Below are positions 55,294 through 64,000 of a stretch of DNA of 64,000 bases, in pieces. Below the pieces are notes generated by a model. That model was not told where the DNA came from. It was given only the letters and a program-made list of their open reading frames with translations, and did not search any database. A program made the position numbers and the translations under genes. Position 1 is the stretch's first letter; each line of letters begins with the position of its first letter. Origin of the DNA: Bugula neritina (lineage: Eukaryota; Animalia; Bryozoa); contig OZ037767.1 in assembly GCA_964035545.1 (NCBI GenBank), positions 29,714,628 to 29,778,627 of the forward strand, given 5' to 3'.

Positions 55294-55743
55294 AATCTTA
55301 TATGAAACAGCTGGAAAAGACAAAATAATTTGTTGCATATTAATTGTATAAAGTGACAATCTACTTAATAGCTGAATCTCTAAGCTAACCTAACAACAAA
55401 ATTTCTATGGCACTAATAGGTTGTTGTCCTCTCTTGAAAACTTTTCAATATAAGACTTGCACTTAGGCCAAAGAGTCACAACTCTAATAAATGACGCATG
55501 GTACATTGTGCATTCATTACTTGCAGAAAAAGCTTGCAGTGCTAACCAAACTTACAAAAATAAAAAATATACTACACAATTAAACCAGAACACATTTTAA
55601 ATGCGATATCCGATTTGCAAAAATTGTTCTTTACAGCAATTTTCTGCAATTAAACACAAAGAAATAAGTAGACACAGATATTATTCATATATATATAATG
55701 ATTTATTAACTGTTGCATCATAAAGTCACTATGCCGAGTATAA

Positions 55744-58700
55744 CTAAACAGTACAGTCTCTAGAAGTATAGTGTACAGTATATTCTCCATATCCATCTGT
55801 TAGACTCACATCATCTAGATCTGTGACATCATACAACTCACAACTTCCTGTTTGTATATCATAGTTTACTGACTGACAGAGACTACTGGATGTACAGATA
55901 CGAATACACTGTGCAGCTGACTTTACAGTGTGAGTAGATACTGTGTGAGCATCTATTCTAGAACCTTCCACTTTACAGAACATCATTTGCTGACTGTCTC
56001 TTTGGTGACTTTTTGGGAAAGCTACGGACTCTTTATCTAAAGGGAAGGCAAGCATACATGCAGTGTAACAAGTACCTGCTTAAGCACCTGCGAGCACCTG
56101 CAAACACCTAGAATATTATTCAAATAAAAATCACTGCAGCTACTCATCAGATACAATCCCAGGCTTGGAAGGAACGGGATTTTGCTAGAAACCAAAATTT
56201 AGATAACTGCTGATCAAAAAAGTTTCTCAAGTTTTACTCATTCATTATAAATGACTAATTCAGAACCACTTTTGTTCTACCAATAACAGACTCTTAAGTA
56301 GCTGCATAGTTCAATATCTTTAAGTTCATTTATTTAAAATCACAGCATTTTTAATAATTAAACCCTTAGATTTCTTATATAGTATTCTAGGCAAAGCTTA
56401 CACATTTTACAGTGTATAATTTATTTTTCTGTGTGAGTTTTTTTGACTGTTACAAAAAAGAGCAAGTTTTGTTTTGTAATTTAACCTTGTGGTAGCACAG
56501 CTCACCGTTGCAAGGGAAATTTTCATAAATTATGTCAGCTTGACCCATAAACTTCAGAGTATCCCAGTTTATAACATTCCCTCTGTCATTACACCCCAAC
56601 TCTTCTATTTCTGTCTCTGATAGTAGGTAGTCCCACATATTGAATAACGCTACTTTTCCTGGTATACCCTGAGCTGTGTTTAAATTGCCTTTAACAATGC
56701 AGTAAATAAAAGCATGAATAATTAAAGGTTTCATCCCAGATAGACGTTTCCCAGTTAGATGATATTCTTTATTTTGGTGCCATATAATTTTATAGTAATA
56801 TACCTATATAACTGTTGTATTCATTGCTAAATAGCTAAAATGCTAATAGTTATAATAGCTAACATGAATTATCTGGAATAATATTTTAATTTCTATAGAT
56901 TTGTGTGAGACCAAAAAACAGTAATATATTAATAATAAACATTGTATTTAATTATTAATGAATACTCATTAACAAAATATCTGTTCAAACAAAAAGCAAA
57001 AATATGTAAAATTAATATGTTAATGCAGATGTGCTCAATATGTGCTTCATTTAAATGAACATATATTCAAATAATATTCAAATAAATTGCACATAAAAAT
57101 ATATATTGTACCAATACAAATAAATATTGTCTAACTGGGAAACGTCCAAGTGGGAATCGTCTAACTGCGATGACACTTAATTAAACACTATTCAACATAA
57201 ATGTGTATAAATAACCATAGATATGGTAGAAGCTTATCTCACCTCCAAAACTATCTTGTTCATGCAGTAATATAATAGTTCCACCTTTATTTATACCAGC
57301 TAATGCATCTGAGGCAGCAGATTGCATGAATCTTAGTTTTCCACTTATTTCTAAGTCAGCATACCACTAAAACCATATAACGTCAGCATGAGGTAGCGTG
57401 TTTGTGTTTAGAATATTAGTTAAAGTGCACTATTCTATTTCTACAAGTTCTAAGTTCAATCTATATGTCATATATTTTGTATGTTAGAATACTTGTATAT
57501 TATTAACAATAATGATGAACTATCATGTACATGTGTGCATAATTGGACCAAGTTATTGCTTAAGGTGTTTAAGAGAAAACTTTGAAATTGTACAAATTGT
57601 ACAACTTAACTTTTTTTATATCATGCAGCCCTGAAACTTTTTTTAAATTTTTTTCTAGTTATAAACAATATAAAGCTGTTGCTCTATATTGTAAAGACTT
57701 AAATAATAAGTATATTATAAATTTAAACAAATTTTATATTTCCAAACAAAAACGAATTTGATTATGCAATGTGATGAGCTGGGTATTGCAAACAACACAC
57801 TAAGAAGCAAAGTTTAGACCCTGCATGTATAGAAAAAAGCTAAATCAAATGAGAGGTAGGTATTGAACTGTTGTAGGATAGAACTCACGGTAAAGTTTCC
57901 ATCTCCCTGCCATGTTATGCAGTGTTTATGCCAACCAAACATTGTAGCTATTGGTGTGTTGGATAACTTAAGACGATATGATTCTTTATATAGATCTCTG
58001 ATATCGCCTTGATTTTTATAATATATTCCAAACTCATCAGATACACCTTAATAGACAGTAGACAGTATACACACTAGAACACTGTGTAGAATACAATAAT
58101 TTCAAAATACTCTAAAAATGTTCATCTAATTAGTTTGAAATATTAATTGAGTCTCACCCATATAACAAATACTTTATAAAAGCTTTTTGACTAAAGTAAA
58201 GCCAAAGTTTTGAAAAATCATATTTTTAAAGCTCAAATCATTTCGCATCTTTTTTTAAACTTCCCCCATCTATCAATTTGTAAATATATTATTTAATGAG
58301 ATATGCAAACTAGCAAAATATATCTGCAATTACATAAAAATAAAATAACTTGAAAATTTCAAAGAAAATATAGATTATTATACTATATATATAAGAATCT
58401 TATAACTTATGATCAAATAATGTGCAATAAAATAATGGAAAACTTTGTTAATGTTATTACTATTTACCAGGTAGAGATCTTTAAATAACAGCAAAATCAG
58501 CTGCAATCATCAAATTCCTTAGCAAAGTTTTATAACATATATAAACTATAAAAAAATAAACATTAGAATTTTCAATAGAATCTCAATCAACAATTTTAGG
58601 TTTAAAAGTTGTATATGACATTCAGAGATTATAATTGCATTGCAAGAGTCTAATTGAGTCTAATTGAGCACTTCATCACTGCTAGAGGCTTATAGGTGTA

Positions 58701-59515
58701 ATTTCAACAATCTATCTTAGAAAGCTTTCTGAATCACAGTTTATCTATAAAACTTCCTTTTTTGCAGTTTAAATGAAGCATTCAAAAATAAACCAATCTA
58801 ATGGCAGTTCAAAGTGTAATAAAACCAATATACTACCATTCGATTCAGATAATATTTCAAAAGTTAAAAAAATGAAAACGAATTAGATTACCTGGGACAG
58901 AAATAGAAAACAGGTATCTGCCATCTTCAGTTGATAGGAAACCTTTAGAAAGCCAGAAACAGCAGGTAAACATTGAGAGTGCAGGTAAGTTTTCCTGGTA
59001 TACATAATCAGTAGTAGATCTGTGTTGTGTGTATACTGGGAGTTGCTTGCTCCTGCCACCTTTAGAAAATAAATGTTAAAGTGTGTTGCTTAGCAGAATG
59101 TTGAGAGTTTTGTACTAATTTAGAAGCAGTGAAAACTTGCTATGATATTCGAATATACAGTATTACAAACATATTACAAATATAATTAAATATGTTGAAA
59201 GTATATTACAGATCGATATATTACAAAGATACTATATATCAGAGATATTTCAAATTGAACTAATTTTTTTAAAACAATGTGTAAAGTATAAAATTTTGAA
59301 GAAAAATTTTGCCAAAAACTGCTGTTGAAAGATTATTGGAATACAAATAATTAAAATGTTTACATACGAAATAATGTTTGGAACCCTACAGTTGGTATAT
59401 TGGGGTTGTATATTATAATAAAGTATTATAATATATATTATATACAGCATAAAAACTTACCTGAAATGAAGCCACAATTTGAGTAGAATATAATGAAAGT
59501 GTGTAGAATAAGCAT
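55744..59515 (-). CDS. Pentraxin-like + PAN/Apple protein, copy D
   Basis: Exons near 59515-59461, 59060-58892, 58046-57889, 57366-57243, 56688-56506, 56036-55744; closest paralog of copy C. Confidence 0.88.
56727..57177. mobile_element. ~450-bp MITE with 8-bp target-site duplication in intron 4 of copy D
   Basis: Imperfect TIRs GGTTTCATCCCAGATAGACGTTTCCCAGTTAGA ... TCTAACTGGGAAACGTCC..TCTAACTGCGATGACACT, built of 15-bp subrepeats. TAATTAAA is duplicated at 56719-56726 and 57178-57185. The element is absent from the homologous ~110-bp intron of copy C. Confidence 0.8.
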
Positions 59516-59899
59516 ATTCAGCGTTAAGCTGGTGCTTTCTTTATTAGAGATAGATATGCACATATTTTGAAGCGCCTTCAAGTTTTAACTAAACAACTGA
59601 AGAAAGTAATATAATATGTATATCAATATGCGTTATTAAGCAGGTTATTGATTTCTGATATTTTTAATTCATTTATGCATAAATATTTTTTCAACTTATA
59701 GTTTGGTTAATGGCTAATAGTTTAATTTATTAAGCAGGTTAAAACCAATGAACATGCTACTTAAAATTTAAAGGTAGTTGGCAATTACTTGTCATCTCAC
59801 CCATTATTTTATTATATATATTTGACTATATTACCAATAATACTTTATATTGAGTTTTCACTGTTTATGAGTAAAGGTATATAACACCTATACCTATAC

Positions 59900-60015
59900 G
59901 TAACTGTTATTACATACCCTGTTTCATTATTTATAGCAGGAGCATCAAACAAACTTGCCAACACATTATCCAATTCAACTGGTTGAGTCAATATTCTGTT
60001 CAAACAATTCCCTGG
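59900..60015 (-). promoter_or_regulatory. Candidate promoter module of copy D (TGACTCA, TATAAAT, Inr-like CAGTT 30 nt downstream)
   Basis: Minus strand: TGACTCA at 59990-59984, TATAAAT starting at 59935, A of CAGTT at 59905. Confidence 0.45.
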
Positions 60016-60656
60016 TGACAGGTAATAACATGTGCTATAAAGCACATATTATAAGTAAGTGAAATGATTAAATATTAATATATTATTGCTAATTGAAGGT
60101 CAACAAACCTTTGCGTATTGCTATAGCATTACTGTGTATAATTGTGACATATAAATTACTTATGTGTTTATATGTGTTATACATATATATAATTAAATCT
60201 CAAATAAAACAGTGTGAAAGGACAAAATAATTTGTTGCATATTAATTGTATATAGTGACAATCTTCTTAATAGCTGAATCACTAAGCTAACCTAACAACA
60301 AATTTTCTATGGCAATAATAGGTTGTTGTCCTCTCTTGAAAATTTTCCAGTCTAACACTTGCACCTAGGCCAAAAAATCACAGTTCCAATAACTGATGCA
60401 TTGTACTTTACGCATTTATACCTAAAGAGAGGGCTTGCAGTGCTAACAAAACTTACAAAAACTCATAAAAAAGTACTATAATGAAACCAGAATACGTTCT
60501 CAACATGATATCCAATTTGCAAAAATCTGTATTAAATTGTTCTTTACAGCAATTTTCTGCAATAAGGCACAAAGAATTAAATAGACACAAATATTATACA
60601 TATGTAATTATTTATTAACTATTACATCATACAGTCAGTTACTATGCTGAGTATAA

Positions 60657-61437
60657 CTAAACAGTACAGTCCTTAGAAGTATAGTGTACAGTATATTCTC
60701 CATATCCATCTGTTAGACTCACATCATCTAGATCTGTGACATCATACAACTCACAACTTCCTGTTTGTATATCATAGTTTACTGACTGACAGAGACTACT
60801 GGATGTACAGATACGAATACACTGTGTTGCTGACTTTACAGTGTGAGTAGATACTGTGTGAGCATCTATTCTAGAACCTTCCACTTTACAGAACATCATT
60901 TGCTGACTGTCTCCTCTGTAGCTCTTTTGAAAAGCTACGGACTCTTTATCTAAAGGGAAGGCAAGTATACATGCAGTGTAACAGGTACCTGCAAGCACCT
61001 GCAAGCACCTGCAATAACCTCGAAAGTAAAAATTTAGTCAGTTGATGATTCGCCTACTCATTCTACTTGATAATTCATTTAAAAATCTTGCTTTGTTCTA
61101 GTCTTAAGCAGCTGCTTAACTGAACACATTGAGTTCTTTATCTTCTTTGTTCAGCCTAATTATGGATTTCTTACAAAGTAATTGAATTCTCAACTGCGTT
61201 TTTGAATGTTGTAAAAATCATTTTGTTTTTTAATACCCTTATAGCACAGCTCACCATTGCAAAGAAAGTCTTCATAAATTATGTCAGCTTGACCCATAAA
61301 CTTCAGAGTATCCCAGTTTATAACATTCCCTCTGTCATTACACCCCAACTCTTCTATTTCTGTCTCTGTTAGTACGTAGTCCCACATATTGAATAACGCT
61401 ACTTTTCCTGGTACTGATTGTTTCAAATCTAAGTTAC
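60657..61437 (-). CDS. Pentraxin-like + PAN/Apple protein, copy E (last two exons only; upstream intron interrupted by an LTR element)
   Basis: Exon ~61437-61255 (QSVPGKVALFNMWDYVL..GNVINW) and PAN exon 60949-60657; the remaining exons are not in the window. Confidence 0.82.
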
Positions 61438-61555
61438 CTTATAAATGTAAAAAATGTACACTTTGAAATTGCAATGACTAAAAATAATAAACTACTACAC
61501 TAAGCTGAATGCACATAATTATGTAAAGGATCTAACAAAGAAGCATGATAGCCCT

Positions 61556-64000
61556 TGTTACAAATACCACTAGAACTTTTATTTTTAGCTTTTAATGGTG
61601 ATATTTGTTATTATTAGATAGTTCATTCTCCTGTGCAGCAATCAGCTGCCTAATAATAGGTAAAGCCTAACCGCCACCTTTGTTGAAGTCAGCTTTTATG
61701 GGTTTGACAGGAACTGATCCATCTTCCTTTATGAGGTCATTACATGTGCCCCATAGTTAGCTGACCCTAATTATAGCTAAATTTAGATGTAATTACCTTT
61801 TCTTTGTGATTGCCCTGGTATTTAAGGCAGCATTGAAACTCCAAAAAGACAGTCACTCATGTAGCCTAAGCTGAGCTACTTATTTTGTTAAGTTAAGTGA
61901 CAAAGAGCTAAATTTTGAAGATATTATAGCAAGCTCGTCAAGAGAATAAAGGTATTTTATTATTATTCTTTGCTATTTTTAACTTGATAATGCTTTATGT
62001 CTTTTATTACAATTTTTATTGCTGTTATATTTTAATATTATATCGTGATGTTTGCTGGTATTTGAACAACTGTATTGTATGAGTTTTAGCACACCTATAT
62101 GTATTCTTTATGTTACTTGTAGTTTTTACGATTTAGAAGAAAATTAATAAAAGTGAGAGATTTGTTAAAACTTCTTCTCAGTCCGTACCAAAACCATTTT
62201 TGTGGCGAGACCTTGCTCAACAGTAAAAACTTTATCTAAAGTGGTGAAGCAGTAAAGCGCTGCTTCCAAGTGGTGGTGAAAGAATAAAGATTCCTTTCCA
62301 AGTGGTTGTGAGAGTCGGCAGTGAAGTCCTCGTCTCCAACTAGAGATAGCAGTCCGGCAAGTTCCATTTCGCAGCATTTTCCCTACTACCTACCCACTCC
62401 TTTCCAAGAAGTCGTACCTTCAGCCAAGAGGACAATTTCAGCATTAACATTAACATTTCATTTGGAATTAATTGAAACCTCCATTCATTCCGGAAGTAGA
62501 AGAAGGGGTGAGCAATTATATTCTTAAATACCAGGCAATCTAGGGCTTATAGTAACTTAGTATAGGAGTATTATTTGGTCCCTTTGTTGTATTGCATGTG
62601 ATGACCTTGCATTGAGGGTGGGGTCGGTTCCTTGTTAATTGTTGAAATTAATTAGTTGGCATTTTCTGGTGGTGTTAGGTTGATGAATTCATAGGTTAGG
62701 AAAATTGCTTAGTAATTACTTGACAAATTAGTTGTAACGTTTTAAGTGGTGTTTGAAACAAAAATCATGTCTTCTATACATAGTGGTAGCCGTATTTCTG
62801 AAACTAAGAAAAGTAGCAGAACTAGGGGTTTATCTGAAAAGGCTCAAGAAAATGAGCTGGTAAAAGGATTAAAGTCTGTAAATTCTTGTATCCGTAAATT
62901 TAACAAGCTGTTGAAAAGTCAACCAGTTAATAATCCAGAAAATATTTCTGAGATGCAAAGCGCAGTTTTAGAAGCTCAAACCGAGCTGCATGTTCTTGGC
63001 AATTTACCAACTAGCAGTAGTAGTGAAGATCTTAGTGAGGTAGCTAAGCAAGTAGAAACAATGGCTAAAGTTCTTGAATCTATGCAAAAAAGTACTGAAA
63101 TTGATCAAGGGCAACACAGTGCCTCACCTCCTCTTGAAGTTCAAAGCCCTAAGCATTCAACTAAGGCTAGTAGCATTTCCGCTAAAAGTAATAGGTCAAT
63201 TCGAGTGGTTAAGAATAAACTTGCAGCAGCAAATGTTGATATAGAGTTAGAAACTTTAAGAAAGCAAGCACAGTTGAAAGCACAAATAGATGCAATGCAA
63301 TTAGAATTGCAAGCTAGCGAATTAGAAGCTAAAAAGCAAAGAATTATGGTTAGGCGTGACGTATTAGAAGAATATGATGTAGATGAGAGGGAGGAAATAG
63401 AAGACGCTCTTGATGTAATTTCTTTGCATGGCGACCCAATCATTCCTCCTCTCGAAAGAGTAGCTGTAGGTGAAAATTTGAATGTTATAGCACCTAGTTT
63501 AAACAATGAGCATCCAGCAATAGGTAACGGGCAGTCTTTGAGCAGTAAAAATATCAGTGATATACATGTCCTTGCAGATTCTATAACTAAAGCTATGCAT
63601 GTAAATCGTCTCCCCATACCTGAACCACCAGTTTTCTGTGGCAACCCTCTTGAGTATGCTGATTGGGAAATTTCCCTTAGAACTCTTATTGAGAGAACTA
63701 ATATTCCTGAATCTGATAGAATTCATTATTTGAAAAAATATGTGGGAGGTAGTGCAAGGGAGGCAATTAGTGGATATTTCCTACTAAATTGTGATGATGC
63801 ATATTGTAAGGCAAAGGAAATTTTACGTGAACGTTTTGGTTCTAGCTATACAGTAGCTGAATCCTTTAGAACAAAACTAAATAATTGGCCTAAGATCAAA
63901 CCTCATGACAGAATTTCTATTCAGAAATATTCAGATTTCTTGTGCCAATGTGAAGCTGCCATGCTTAGATTTGATGAGTTAAATATTCTCAATGATTCCC
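61556..64000 (+). mobile_element. BEL/Pao LTR retrotransposon, 5' portion (5' LTR ~61556-62222)
   Basis: TGTTACA... start where similarity to the copy B intron is lost; AATAAA at ~62146; ..TCAACA end at 62222; leader, then a gag ORF. LTR limits are inferred because the second LTR is outside the window. Confidence 0.82.
62767..64000 (+). CDS. BEL/Pao gag polyprotein N-terminus (DUF1759-like), open to the window end
   Basis: MSSIHSGSRISE.., a coiled-coil region, then RLPIPEPPVFCGNPLEYADWEISLRTLIE..DRIHYLKKYVGGSAREAI..AKEILRERFG..FRTKLNNWPKI..YSDFL. No stop seen in ~410 codons; missing from the ORF track because it is unterminated. Confidence 0.9.
   Translation, partial: MSSIHSGSRISETKKSSRTRGLSEKAQENELVKGLKSVNSCIRKFNKLLKSQPVNNPENISEMQSAVLEAQTELHVLGNLPTSSSSEDLSEVAKQVETMAKVLESMQKSTEIDQGQHSASPPLEVQSPKHSTKASSISAKSNRSIRVVKNKLAAANVDIELETLRKQAQLKAQIDAMQLELQASELEAKKQRIMVRRDVLEEYDVDEREEIEDALDVISLHGDPIIPPLERVAVGENLNVIAPSLNNEHPAIGNGQSLSSKNISDIHVLADSITKAMHVNRLPIPEPPVFCGNPLEYADWEISLRTLIERTNIPESDRIHYLKKYVGGSAREAISGYFLLNCDDAYCKAKEILRERFGSSYTVAESFRTKLNNWPKIKPHDRISIQKYSDFLCQCEAAMLRFDELNILNDS

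Noticed and set aside
59845-60045. 66-aa ORF in the duplicated spacer
   Set aside because: The paralogous block at ~54900-55110 has a 7-bp indel that breaks the frame; better explained as promoter/UTR sequence.
39930-61004. Mutually exclusive exon cassette (Dscam-like) reading of the repeated exons
   Set aside because: Each complete repeat unit has its own start/signal exon and stop-containing last exon, so these are separate tandem genes.
63141-63726. Minus-strand ORFs of 167 and 75 aa
   Set aside because: Antisense shadows of the BEL gag frame.

Overview
AT-rich, intron-containing animal (invertebrate-like) genomic DNA; the species cannot be fixed from sequence alone. All gene models were spliced by hand from GT-AG junctions and reading frame, so coordinates may be off by a few nt. 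From left to right: (1) last exon of an EF-hand sarcoplasmic Ca-binding/calexcitin-like gene (+); (2) TFIIE-alpha GTF2E1 (-, 7 coding exons); (3) a flavin-containing monooxygenase (+, 9 exons); (4) a Regnase/ZC3H12 RNase (-, 7 coding exons); (5) a TA-flanked non-autonomous DNA transposon; (6) a 6-exon, 209-aa secreted protein gene (-, 33262-35295), absent from the ORF track as a unit, whose helix-A sequence, size and intron positions resemble IL-6/CNTF/LIF-family four-helix cytokines; (7) a tandem array of at least five secreted pentraxin + PAN/Apple genes (-) with a homogenised PAN exon and a hypervariable pentraxin segment, carrying a foldback element and a MITE in introns; (8) the 5' end of a BEL/Pao LTR retrotransposon inserted in the fifth copy. 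The main candidate discovery is the putative invertebrate helical cytokine lying between Regnase and a diversifying pentraxin array.
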